NCBI GenBank assembly: GCA_963754875.1
Contig: CAVWHO010000013.1
Coordinates: 32,001 to 96,000 of the forward strand
Reading direction: 5' to 3'
DNA: 64,000 nucleotides
From: Nitrospirota bacterium
Lineage (GTDB): Bacteria; Nitrospirota; UBA9217
Shown: positions 39,371-48,956 of the stretch, in pieces
Layout of the letters: every line of letters begins with the position of its first letter
Position numbering within the stretch: position 1 is the stretch's first letter
Made by a program: the position numbers and the translations under genes
Notes under the pieces: generated by a model
What the model saw: only the letters and a program-made list of their open reading frames with translations
Told to the model about the DNA's origin: nothing
The model's database searches: none

Positions 39371-39551
39371 ACCCAACCCTCCTCTCCCCTCCGGGGAGAG
39401 GACAAAGGTGAGGGGCAGCAACGAATGAGAGGTGTTTGTATTAATTTAGCAACGGAGGACGGAGAAGGCCGAAATCGTAATGTTGTTTTCACGCCTTCTC
39501 CGTGTCTTTGTTGTACAGAACCTTGCGTTCAACATCAGAGGAAGGACTACC

Positions 39552-40526
39552 ATGAAAGCAATAAAGATTTCGAATTATGGCGACCCGAGCGTGCTTAAGC
39601 GTTCGGACGCGGAGCCGAAACCTGCTCCGAGGACAGGCCAAGCGCTCGTGAAGATCCACGCAGCAGGCGTAAACTTCGTCGATATTTACCAGCGACGGGG
39701 GACCTATCCGGTGACGCTGCCCTTTATCCCCGGTTTGGAAGCATCGGGCGTTGTAGAGGCAGTCGGCGATAAGCTCTCAGGTCTTCGAGTCGGAGAGCGG
39801 GTCGCATATACCGGTCATCTCGGGAGTTACAGCGAGTATACGGTGATCGATGCGAACCGGTTAATCCGTCTGCCGGACGGGCTTTCTTTTGAGCAGGGCG
39901 CTGCTTTCCCGCTGCAGGGGATGACCGCGCACTATCTTATTCATGAGTTCCGCAAGCCGAAGCCCGGAGACACGGTCCTGGTCCATGCGGCCGCAGGGGG
40001 CGTGGGACTTCATCTGGTCCAATGGGCGAAGCATCTCGGAGCAACGGTCATCGGGACAGTGTCCACGGAAGAGAAGGCGCGTATTGCCAAAGAAGCAGGC
40101 GCCGATCATGTGGTCCTGTATACGAAGCAGGACTTTGTGAGCGAAACGAAACGCCTGACAGGCGGCCGCGGCGCAGAGCTCATCATCGACGGCGTGGCAA
40201 AGACCACGTTTGCCGGAGATCTGGAAGCAGTGGCCCTCCGCGGTCACATTGTCGTCTTCGGGTCCGCAAGCGGCCCGGCTGACCCCCTTATGCCGAATTC
40301 GCTGGGAGCAAAATCTATCTCCGTTTCCGGCGGAAGCCTGGGCAACTTTATTGCTACTCGCGAGGACCTGGTCCTGCGGTCAACTGATGTTCTGAACGCC
40401 ATCAAAGAAGGGTGGCTCAAACTGCGTATCGATTACGTGCTCCCGCTGGCTGAGGCAGAAAAAGCGCACCGAATGCTTGAAGGACGGCAGACCGTGGGCA
40501 AGATCGTCCTGAAAGTAGTTGATTGA
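39552..40526 (+). CDS. qor: NADPH:quinone oxidoreductase (MDR family)
   Basis: GVNFVD, HAAAGGVG and GKIVL. Confidence 0.88.
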   Translation: MKAIKISNYGDPSVLKRSDAEPKPAPRTGQALVKIHAAGVNFVDIYQRRGTYPVTLPFIPGLEASGVVEAVGDKLSGLRVGERVAYTGHLGSYSEYTVIDANRLIRLPDGLSFEQGAAFPLQGMTAHYLIHEFRKPKPGDTVLVHAAAGGVGLHLVQWAKHLGATVIGTVSTEEKARIAKEAGADHVVLYTKQDFVSETKRLTGGRGAELIIDGVAKTTFAGDLEAVALRGHIVVFGSASGPADPLMPNSLGAKSISVSGGSLGNFIATREDLVLRSTDVLNAIKEGWLKLRIDYVLPLAEAEKAHRMLEGRQTVGKIVLKVVD

Positions 40527-40873
40527 ATAAAAAAGAATCGAAATCGTCATGCATCATTCCACTGAAGGGCCTTAAAACCTCACGTGAGAAAATAAGAAAA
40601 TCTTTATTAGGGGAAAGTGGGAAGAAAGACGAAAGGGAGTAACAAAGATCCTACGTGTTTTTTCCCCATTTCTCCCCTTTGCATCTTCGAGGTATTTGAA
40701 GACACTTTCCTACTTCCACGGCATTGCATCAAAACATAACACTCTGTTGCTGCTTGCCTGCTGGTATACGTACCTCTTTTGCTATACTTCTGATAAGTGC
40801 TGATTACCCCTACCGAACAATAAAGAAATTTTTTCAGCTAAATGGTCCAATGTCATTGGAAAAGGAGCCTGCC

Positions 40874-41359
40874 ATGGAAGAAGTCATTCAATTTCAACTG
40901 AACGGCAAACCAGTCAAACTGAACGTAGACAGCGAGCGAAAGCTTTTGTGGGTCCTGCGAACCGATCTCGGGCTCACCGGGACAAAATACGGATGCGGGG
41001 AAAGTTATTGCAACGCCTGCATTGTGCTGGTGAATGATGAAGCAGTCAGGTCCTGTCAGACATCGGTAAAAGATGTCCAGGGTAAAACGGTCCTTACCAT
41101 CGAGGGGTTGTCCCACAATGACAAGCTCCATCCTTTGCAAAAAGCATTTATGGAACACGATGCGCTCCAATGCGGGTATTGTACGGCGGGAATGATCTTG
41201 CAAGCCTATTCGTTATTGCGAAAGAATTCCCGGCCTTCTCCAGCGCAAATCGTAGAAAGCATGGAGGGGAACCTGTGCCGGTGCGGGGCCCACAACCGCA
41301 TCATTGAAGCAATCCAGACGGCTGCGAAGGAAATGCAGGGAGGACTCTACCATGAATAG
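40874..41359 (+). CDS. (2Fe-2S)-binding subunit, IorA/CoxS type
   Basis: GTKYGCGESYCNAC, QCGYC and NLCRC. Confidence 0.92.
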   Translation: MEEVIQFQLNGKPVKLNVDSERKLLWVLRTDLGLTGTKYGCGESYCNACIVLVNDEAVRSCQTSVKDVQGKTVLTIEGLSHNDKLHPLQKAFMEHDALQCGYCTAGMILQAYSLLRKNSRPSPAQIVESMEGNLCRCGAHNRIIEAIQTAAKEMQGGLYHE

Positions 41360-43511
41360 GGACCAAAACCCGGAATTAAGCAGTGAACATCAGGCCAATG
41401 ATCTCTCCATGAGCAGGCGGGAATTCCTCGGCTTGACCGGAACTGGGATCTTTCTGTATTTTGTCATTGGTGAGCTGCCGGCATATGCGCAGGAGCGTCC
41501 CGCTTTCAGACCGCAGATGAACCTGCCGACCGATTTTAATGCCTATCTGCGCATCAGCGAGGACGGCCGCGTGGCCTGCTACACCGGGAAGATAGAGATG
41601 GGCCAGGGGGTGGTGACTTCACTCGCCCAGATGCTTGCGGATGAGCTGGATGTTCCTCTCGATGCCGTTGATATGGTGATGGGCGACACTGACCTATGCC
41701 CCTGGGACATGGGGACGTTCGGGTCAATGTCCACCCGCTTTTTCGGACCGGCCCTCAGAGCGGCCGGTGCCGAAGCACGCCTGGTGCTCTTGGAGCTTGC
41801 CTTGGAACGGCTCAAGATACGCGTTGATACTCTTATGACCAATCAGGGTGTCATAATCGATAAAAAAGATAAAGCCCACAGGATATCGTACGGCGAGCTT
41901 GCCAAGGGCCAAAGGATCGAGCGCCATCTGACGGGAAAGGTCGCAATAAAAAAACCCGGAGAGTTTACGGTCATGGGCAAGTCAATCGTCCGGAGAGACG
42001 CCGGAGAGAAGGTGACCGGCAAGGCGAAATATGCAGGAGACGTTCAAATCCCCGGCATGGTCTCCGCAAAAATTCTGCGGTCGCCTGCGCACGGATCCAA
42101 ATTGGTCAACGTTGACCTGTCAGAGGCGGAGCGCGTTGACGGCGTTCAGGTCATCCGGGACAATGACTTCATCGCCGTTCTGCACAAGTATCCTGATGTT
42201 GCGGAGCTCGCTCTATCGAAGATCAAAGCGAAATTCGACAAACCTGCGGCAACCGTGGATGACAAAACCATCTTCAGCCATCTGCTCAAGGTCGCACCGG
42301 AAGGCACGGTCCTGGCAAAGGACGGCGACCTCGAACGGGGTGCGAAGGAGTCGAGCTCGGTCTTTACTCAGACCTATCTGAATGACTACGTGGCACACGC
42401 ACCGGTCGAGCCGCACGCCGCCGTTGTGAACATAGAGAAGGGCAAGGCCACTGTCTGGGCATCGACACAGAACCCCTTCGGCCTCAAAGAAGAGGTTGCC
42501 AGGGAAATCAGTATACCTCCGAAGAACGTGAGGGTCATGCCGGTCTTTGTGGGCGGAGGCTTCGGCGGGAAGACAAACAACCGGCAGGCTGTGGAAGCCG
42601 CACGCTGCGCAAAATTATGCGGCAAGCCGGTCCAGGTTGCGTGGACCAGAAAAGAAGAATTTTTTTACGACACTTTCCGGCCGGCCGCAATGGTCACCAT
42701 AAAATCCGGCATAACTGACAAAGGCAAAATAAGCCTCTGGGACTATCACGTCTTTTATGCAGGCGAGCGGGGCGCTCCGCACTTCTATACCATCCCGAAC
42801 CACAGCACGATCGCACACGGCTTGAACTGGCTCGGCACTCCGGGCTCCCATCCCTTTGCCACGGGACCCTGGCGTGCGCCGGGGAACAATACGAACACCT
42901 TTGCCCGGGAATCCCAGATCGACATCATGGCAGCAAAGGCGGGTGTGGACCCCCTGGAATTCCATTTGCGAAACCTGGCTGACCCGAAAATGCAGCGCGT
43001 GTTGCGCGCGGCTGCGAAGAAATTCGGGTGGAGACCGGGGAAGGCGCCGAGCGGAAGGGGCCAGGGTGTTGCCTGCGGACTGGACGCGGGCACTTACGTG
43101 GCCGTTATGGCTGAACTCGCAGTTGATAAAACGGGGGCAGTCAAGGTGAAGCGCGTGGTGTGCGTGCAGGACATGGGGCTGGCAGTAAACCCGGAAGGCG
43201 CAGCGATCCAGATGGAAGGAGCAGTTACCATGGGCCTGGGCTACGCTCTCAAGGAGCGCGTTCGGTTCATTGACGGTGATATCAGGGAGCGCAATTTCGA
43301 TACCTATGACCTGCCCCGGTTCTCCTGGGTGCCGAAGATCGAGACCGTGATCATTGACGATAAAAACAGCGCACCGCAAGGCGGGGGCGAGCCGGGGATC
43401 ATCACGACCGGCGCTGTACTCGCAAACGCCATCTATGATGCCATCGGGGCAAGGCTTTTCCAGTTGCCTATGACGCCGGAAAGGATTAAGGAAGCCCTAA
43501 GGAAGGGGTAA
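41352..43511 (+). CDS. Xanthine-dehydrogenase-family molybdopterin subunit (IorB-like) with a Tat motif
   Basis: SRREFL, EMGQG, GGGFGGK and GGGEP. Confidence 0.9.
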   Translation: MNRDQNPELSSEHQANDLSMSRREFLGLTGTGIFLYFVIGELPAYAQERPAFRPQMNLPTDFNAYLRISEDGRVACYTGKIEMGQGVVTSLAQMLADELDVPLDAVDMVMGDTDLCPWDMGTFGSMSTRFFGPALRAAGAEARLVLLELALERLKIRVDTLMTNQGVIIDKKDKAHRISYGELAKGQRIERHLTGKVAIKKPGEFTVMGKSIVRRDAGEKVTGKAKYAGDVQIPGMVSAKILRSPAHGSKLVNVDLSEAERVDGVQVIRDNDFIAVLHKYPDVAELALSKIKAKFDKPAATVDDKTIFSHLLKVAPEGTVLAKDGDLERGAKESSSVFTQTYLNDYVAHAPVEPHAAVVNIEKGKATVWASTQNPFGLKEEVAREISIPPKNVRVMPVFVGGGFGGKTNNRQAVEAARCAKLCGKPVQVAWTRKEEFFYDTFRPAAMVTIKSGITDKGKISLWDYHVFYAGERGAPHFYTIPNHSTIAHGLNWLGTPGSHPFATGPWRAPGNNTNTFARESQIDIMAAKAGVDPLEFHLRNLADPKMQRVLRAAAKKFGWRPGKAPSGRGQGVACGLDAGTYVAVMAELAVDKTGAVKVKRVVCVQDMGLAVNPEGAAIQMEGAVTMGLGYALKERVRFIDGDIRERNFDTYDLPRFSWVPKIETVIIDDKNSAPQGGGEPGIITTGAVLANAIYDAIGARLFQLPMTPERIKEALRKG

Positions 43512-43549
43512 GCGTAGAGAAGAGAGAAGCTGCGATGAGGAAGGGCCGT

Positions 43550-44857
43550 TCACTCTTCGTGATCATCCTTGCCAACGAGCTTCCTGTTGATGCCGGAGAG
43601 CCGTGCAAGCAGCGTGTTCAAAAATTCTTTCGTAAACTTCAGCTGGCAGTAGACCGAGGTGCTTTCAAGACTCTCGTTGCTGATCTTCAGGGCAGTCACA
43701 TCGCCCCCTGCCTCGATGCTTGCGGTGCGCGGTCGCTTTGAGATATATGCCATTTCCCCGAAGCAATCGCCTGCCCGCAACGCGGCTATGTGTTCCCCTC
43801 CAACCATCACCGAGACGTCACCATAGACGAGCACATAGAACGAATCATCGAGGTCGCCTTCGGATATGATCACCTGGCCTGCCGAATAGTCGAGCCACTC
43901 GCCCGCGTTAATGACCTCGGACAGCTCGATTTCGAAAAAGTCCCTGAAGAACCGCAGCTTCTTGAGCCGCTCAAGCTTCTCCCGCATGTTCACGTCCGTG
44001 GTCACGACGACATGAACGAGTTTTTTATGGATAGCGTTCAGGTCCGAGGCCAAGTCCGCCGCGCTCTGGTACCGGTCTTTCACCTTTTTGGCCAATGCCT
44101 TTTTAACGATCGGCTCAAGGATGTCCGGCACGTCGGGGCGGAACTGCCGGAGCAACGGGGCCTCGTTTGTCAGGATCTGCTCGATCAGGTCGTGCTGGTC
44201 CTTGCTCGAGAACGGTCGATGCCCCGTCAGCAGGCCGAACAAGACCACGCCGAGCGAGTAGATGTCGGCCTGATGGTTGACCGGTCCTCGCCGAAGCCGT
44301 TCCGGGGATATGTGCGTCGGCGTACCGAGAATATGTTCCAGGTAGAGGTGCTCGGTGTCCGGATGCAGTATCTTTGAGAGCCCGAAGTCGGCCAACCTCA
44401 CTGTGTCGTCGGGAGTCAGCAGGATGTTGCCGGGCTTGATGTCCAGATGGATGACATTGCGCGAGTGGGCGTACTGAAGTCCTTTGCAGCATTGGTACAA
44501 GAGCTCCACCACTTTCGGGATCGGCAGGAGATTGTCGGGCAGGCAGTAGGGGTACAGCGTCCTGCTGTTTTCAATGTATTCCATGACGAGATAGTACAGG
44601 TCCCCGTCCTGGCCGGCGTCGTATACGGGGAGGATGTTTCGGTGGTCGAGCATCCCGTAGATCTGGGCCTCAGTAAAGAAGAGTTCTACGAGGCGCTGCC
44701 TGATATTTTTGTCGGTCAGCGATTTTGGGTCCGTGACCTTGATGGCCACGTTCCTTTGCATGTAGGGGTCATAGGCCCGGTAGACCGTGCCCATGCTTCC
44801 TTTGCCGATCTCTTCGACGATGCGGAACTTTCCTATTTTTGATGGTGCTTCGCTCAT
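43550..44857 (-). CDS. Hanks-type Ser/Thr kinase with a C-terminal cNMP-binding domain
   Basis: GKGSMG, VAIK, HLDIKPGN, DFG; FGEMA...PRTAS. Confidence 0.92.
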   Translation of the reverse strand: MSEAPSKIGKFRIVEEIGKGSMGTVYRAYDPYMQRNVAIKVTDPKSLTDKNIRQRLVELFFTEAQIYGMLDHRNILPVYDAGQDGDLYYLVMEYIENSRTLYPYCLPDNLLPIPKVVELLYQCCKGLQYAHSRNVIHLDIKPGNILLTPDDTVRLADFGLSKILHPDTEHLYLEHILGTPTHISPERLRRGPVNHQADIYSLGVVLFGLLTGHRPFSSKDQHDLIEQILTNEAPLLRQFRPDVPDILEPIVKKALAKKVKDRYQSAADLASDLNAIHKKLVHVVVTTDVNMREKLERLKKLRFFRDFFEIELSEVINAGEWLDYSAGQVIISEGDLDDSFYVLVYGDVSVMVGGEHIAALRAGDCFGEMAYISKRPRTASIEAGGDVTALKISNESLESTSVYCQLKFTKEFLNTLLARLSGINRKLVGKDDHEE

Positions 44858-45115
44858 GATTTATGAACCTGAAAAAAATGTCGTCAATTGGCACGGATGA
44901 AAAGGGACATCAGAAGAAAGAGAGCGGATGTCTTCGCTTCTACATCATTTCTCTCCAGGCTTTCCTTGTATAATTCGTTTTATAATACAACTCGGCGCTT
45001 ATGTGGTCAAGAAGGGTTTGCAGGGACTGAGGAAGGGAACAAGAAAAAACGTTGTTCCTGGAAATCGTTGGGCAAGGTGAAGCTTTTTGTCAAACCTATT
45101 GGCGAACACATCCCT

Positions 45116-45965
45116 TTACCGCGTGAACAGGTCCGAGATCTTTGTGATATCCGGCGCTACGTAATGTATGACCCAGGCTGCTGCGAAGGAGATTAGGAGT
45201 ACAACGAGAAAGGGTTTATAAGTGTCTTTGAACACACTGCCTATCCAGTCAGGGTGGTTTATTTTCCTGTAGCTCCGGATAAGGCTGGAACCGAGCAGAA
45301 AGTCGAAGGCCGCCTCGGACAGGATATGAGGCGCTATATAAATGAGGTAGATTGCCGATCCGAAGACCGCTGCCAGGAGCACGATGATGGCGACGAGGAT
45401 CATCCAGCCGTCATCGAGATCGAAGATGCCTGACGCTGCATTGCCGACCGCATCACCTACGCCGGATGCCGAGTCCGCAGCACTGGAAGAGGGGGGCACG
45501 AAAGCCGCCTGCACATTCGTCACCGGGCCGTCGAACGCGCCCGTTGCTCCGCCACCGCCGCCCGTCCCGCCGCCTCCCTTGCCGAAACTCTGGAATTTCC
45601 ACATCGGGCCCGGAGCCACCGCCGGACAAGTTCGGCAGATCGGAAAGCACATCTCCGGCAACATCGGGACCCTTAAACGCCTGGGAAGCCGACATATAAG
45701 CCAGCCACAGCTTTACGAACAGAAAGAATGCGAGATAGGCACAGAGCACGGTCAACGGATAGCGGACGACGATGTTGTCCACCTGCAGGAGGAGAAGCAG
45801 CTTTGAAGCCAGGAGTCCGGACAGACCTGTTGCCAGCAGGATCAGCGACATATGGAAACGGAGAAAGAACCGTTCCTTGAGTTGGCGCATGAACGACCGC
45901 ACCTTCTTGCCGCTTTGCTTACCTTGTTGAGCGGCGGGAATGCTTTTATTATCATGAATAGTCAT
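45116..45965 (-). pseudogene. Membrane protein split by one frameshift near 45590 (possibly a sequencing error)
   Basis: The N-part (RFHMSLILL...) lies in ORF 45453-46211 and the C-part (FGKGGG...APHILSEAAF) in ORF 45116-45664; removing one base joins them. Confidence 0.65.
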
Positions 45966-45982
45966 AGAGTGATAGCTGGGGA

Positions 45983-46042
45983 ACAGAACACGCCGGTCAC
46001 GCGCCGCCTTTTGGCGCGTCGCTGTGGACCGGCAGGTTATCC
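45983..46042 (-). other. attC site 6
   Basis: GGATAAC-ctgccggtccac...gtgaccggcgt-GTTCTGT with one extrahelical base. Confidence 0.85.
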
Positions 46043-46471
46043 TTTTGCTATTATGTATGCCTTTACGTCGTGCCGCATGAAGTAGACGAATATTAGAACA
46101 TTTACAAGGCAAAGAGAAATTACCAGTAAAGAGGGCAAGCTCAAAAACGGAATCGTTGAGGCAACTGGCAGGTAATAGTAAATTGTCGTGATCAAGCTGT
46201 ATAACACACAAATCAAAATTGATATTCGTCCAATCTCTTTTAGTTTAAAGATCCAAATGCCCGCAACGATTAACGCGAGGCTTTGTATGAGCCAGATCGT
46301 ATCAGAAATAGACGTATCGCCTTGGGCCTCGAACGCTGTCTTCAGCTGAGGTATGGCTGACATCAGAAATAGTATCGCACTGCCGATTATTCCAATGCAG
46401 CCTAGAAAAATGCAAACACCTCTAAACAAAGTAAAGAATTTCGGCCGAGTATTTGAAGTTGAAGGTTTCAT
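46037..46471 (-). CDS. Cassette 6: four-TM membrane protein
   Basis: SD aggagg; stop codon lies within the attC R'' box. Confidence 0.8.
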   Translation of the reverse strand: MKPSTSNTRPKFFTLFRGVCIFLGCIGIIGSAILFLMSAIPQLKTAFEAQGDTSISDTIWLIQSLALIVAGIWIFKLKEIGRISILICVLYSLITTIYYYLPVASTIPFLSLPSLLVISLCLVNVLIFVYFMRHDVKAYIIAKG

Positions 46472-46488
46472 GTGCCTCCTAAACGAGC

Positions 46489-46546
46489 GGATAACGCGCG
46501 GGTGAGCCGCGTGTTTTTCGCGGCGGTCTCGACCCGCTCGTTGGTT
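46489..46546 (-). other. attC site 5
   Basis: AACCAAC-gagcgggtcgag...ctcacccgcgc-GTTATCC. Confidence 0.85.
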
Positions 46547-46906
46547 CTAATCTCGGGATAAGCGTGCTGCTTTTTCTTTGCCTAACTCAGAAAGAACCCA
46601 CGTTCCGTAAGGTGAATGCGACGGATCAAGCAGTAGACCCTGTTTGACAAGCTTCCTCTTTGCCCAGTCTATATTATGTATCCAACGCTCCTTCGGTGGT
46701 CGCTGGCTCGTCAAAAGGGCATAGTCCGGCTCAGTAAATTGATTTGAATACGTACCATGAATTGTTTTGATTATTTCCTGTCTTTCCGCTTGAGCTCCTG
46801 CAAAGTGAATAAACGCAATAATTATTTCAAGAAATTCATCCTGCTCTATGCTCCCCAAAGACCCGCGACGAAGTCGTCTGCTTTTGAAATAATCAGGAAT
46901 TTGCAT
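46547..46906 (-). CDS. Cassette 5, gene 2: Mrr N-terminal-like winged-helix protein
   Basis: RWIHNIDWAKRKLVKQGLL...GTWVLSELG matches the Mrr_N pattern. Confidence 0.65.
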   Translation of the reverse strand: MQIPDYFKSRRLRRGSLGSIEQDEFLEIIIAFIHFAGAQAERQEIIKTIHGTYSNQFTEPDYALLTSQRPPKERWIHNIDWAKRKLVKQGLLLDPSHSPYGTWVLSELGKEKAARLSRD

Positions 46907-46933
46907 TTATAACCTCCTGCCGGTCCTAGGATT

Positions 46934-47461
46934 TTAAAATTCATGGTTCGGGGCAAAGTCTTTCACCGATTCGAGAACGGGGTCGTAAAGCAATATCCAT
47001 AGATTCAGGTGCATTCTTAAGGAAGGACGAACGCGCTGCTTTAATTCACGGAGGTAGTGTGGTGAAGCGGGGAGTGCAAGACCAAGAAATAATTTCGCAT
47101 TTTTGACTTCTTCAGAATTGGAAAGTAATGTATAAGGGGGCAACTCGAAATATGTGACCACACTCGCTAGAGCACGATCAAAATTGTTTCTTTGAGTTTG
47201 ACTTGTTCCAGAACCGCTCCCTTTGCATTCGATACGCCACCATTCTTTTTCAGAAATACCCTCTATATCGGCACCTGAGGCGGAAAAGACAGGATTAATA
47301 CCGGCAGATGCAAATTTTTGTGAAATGGATGATAAAACTTCTGATGAATTTATACCTCTGCCGCGAGCTACTGAAAATCTGTATGGTATTACACCACGAT
47401 TAATCAGGAAATCGGTCGTCTTTTTCAGCACCGTCGATTCTTCAACGATAGGGAATGACAT
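46934..47461 (-). CDS. Cassette 5, gene 1: putative PD-(D/E)xK nuclease
   Basis: GADIEG...WWRIECKG motif. Confidence 0.6.
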   Translation of the reverse strand: MSFPIVEESTVLKKTTDFLINRGVIPYRFSVARGRGINSSEVLSSISQKFASAGINPVFSASGADIEGISEKEWWRIECKGSGSGTSQTQRNNFDRALASVVTYFELPPYTLLSNSEEVKNAKLFLGLALPASPHYLRELKQRVRPSLRMHLNLWILLYDPVLESVKDFAPNHEF

Positions 47462-47479
47462 ACGACCTCCGATTTTTCA

Positions 47480-47538
47480 AACTGACGCCGCCGTGAGGGG
47501 CGCGCCCTTTAGCGACCCTCTCGACGGCGTGGTTGGAA
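47480..47538 (-). other. attC site 4 (R' reads GTC instead of GTT)
   Basis: TTCCAAC-cacgccgtcgag...ctcacggcggc-GTCAGTT. Confidence 0.8.
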
Positions 47539-47540
47539 TA

Positions 47541-47900
47541 TTATTTATTTTCTTTCGCTTGTAGTTTGACTATATGTTTATCAATAGCGGAGATATCTGA
47601 AAGCCAGTCACTTGGATTCTTTAACGCATTGTTGATTCTGTACTTGATAAATTCGTCCTTTGCTCGCAAATAGGATTTGAGCGCATTCGCATTTTCACCC
47701 ATCTTGGTATATGAACTTGCCATTTCTTTGTAAAATAACGGGATCACAATTCCAATAAATTTTGCGTCCAAATCCAATTGGATTATGTGATTGCAGCTTT
47801 TGATTACACCAGCCCAGTTCTTGTTCTTTTTACTTTTTCGTAAATCAGTTCTCAATTGTAGCCATTTTTTAAACAATTCATCATTCCAATCGGCTGACAA
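47541..47900 (-). CDS. Cassette 4, gene 2: small helical (TPR-like) hypothetical protein
   Basis: TTG start with SD ggggag; no attC between it and the HNH gene. Confidence 0.65.
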   Translation of the reverse strand: MSADWNDELFKKWLQLRTDLRKSKKNKNWAGVIKSCNHIIQLDLDAKFIGIVIPLFYKEMASSYTKMGENANALKSYLRAKDEFIKYRINNALKNPSDWLSDISAIDKHIVKLQAKENK

Positions 47901-47911
47901 GGCATTCTCCC

Positions 47912-48865
47912 CTAAAGTTGAGTCTCTGTAATGGAATTAAAATGAATGAATATATGGTCAGATTCATTACGCACGTAGTCGTTTAATGCAAAATTGACCG
48001 CAGAATATCGCACCATTCCCGCGGCTGTACCATCGTGATAAATATTGGGGAAAGCTGGCAAAGTTAGCTGTTTGCCAATCAAATGACAATCTTTATTCGA
48101 AAAGGGAAGGGCAATTTGAAATGTAAAATTAGAAAAAGCTATAAAGAAGATCGTATATGGCAAGTCGGCTGTATCTACTTTTCTTTTTAAGAGTGTGGCC
48201 ATAATGAATGGGAATGGTTTGGGTCCGGGAGTAAAAGAGCATATCGTGCTAAATGGACCGGCCGCAGCAACAGGATCGTTTTGCGGATTTTCTATCAGAA
48301 GCCATTTTATCGTATCGGTGAAATATGGTAATTCACTATCGGGTAAAATAGATATGCCCATCTTGACGAGGCATTTAAAAACAGATCGTGGTATATATGG
48401 CTGGCGGTAGCCTCGTATTTTAACCCTTTTATTGTCCAGATCGAGTTCAATAAAGTTGTCATCAGGGTGATAAATTATTTCTATCCGATTATTGAGACTA
48501 TCTATCCGGGATTGTTGTGACTGAGATTTATAAGATGGCCTTTTCTTACCTTTAATTTGTGTGATTGCGCGTGCGAGAAGCGTGTACTTTCCCAAATGAT
48601 CTTCGATTGTTCTACTGAAACGTTCATTACAAATATCGCACTCGGAATTAGATATCAGTTCTCTATTACCTATCAATTCAGGGAACGCGTGTGCTTCCAG
48701 TCTAAATTTGCTCGGATCATTTTCACCACAAAAACGACATTGTCTTTTTGTTTTATCTCCTATATACAATTTGCGACCGGAATTCAAAGGCAGAGGTGCC
48801 AAATAATAATTCTCGTCATAGAACTTGATCATCTCCTGCATTTCCTTGGAAAATACATGGTCCAT
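47912..48865 (-). CDS. Cassette 4, gene 1: HNH endonuclease-domain protein
   Basis: CRFC...EAHAFPELIGN...ECDICNERFS. Confidence 0.75.
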   Translation of the reverse strand: MDHVFSKEMQEMIKFYDENYYLAPLPLNSGRKLYIGDKTKRQCRFCGENDPSKFRLEAHAFPELIGNRELISNSECDICNERFSRTIEDHLGKYTLLARAITQIKGKKRPSYKSQSQQSRIDSLNNRIEIIYHPDDNFIELDLDNKRVKIRGYRQPYIPRSVFKCLVKMGISILPDSELPYFTDTIKWLLIENPQNDPVAAAGPFSTICSFTPGPKPFPFIMATLLKRKVDTADLPYTIFFIAFSNFTFQIALPFSNKDCHLIGKQLTLPAFPNIYHDGTAAGMVRYSAVNFALNDYVRNESDHIFIHFNSITETQL

Positions 48866-48898
48866 TTTGGTTCCTTGTTTGTTGCCTGAATTTGATCG

Positions 48899-48956
48899 GT
48901 ACAACACGCGGGTGAGGAGCGTGCCTTCCGCGACTCACTCGACCCGCAGGTTGATT
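48899..48956 (-). other. attC site 3
   Basis: AATCAAC-ctgcgggtcgag...ctcacccgcgt-GTTGTAC. Confidence 0.85.

Noticed and set aside
45060..45115. A seventh attC after the frameshifted membrane gene
   Set aside because: No AAC...GTT palindrome was found, so the gene is treated as outside the array.
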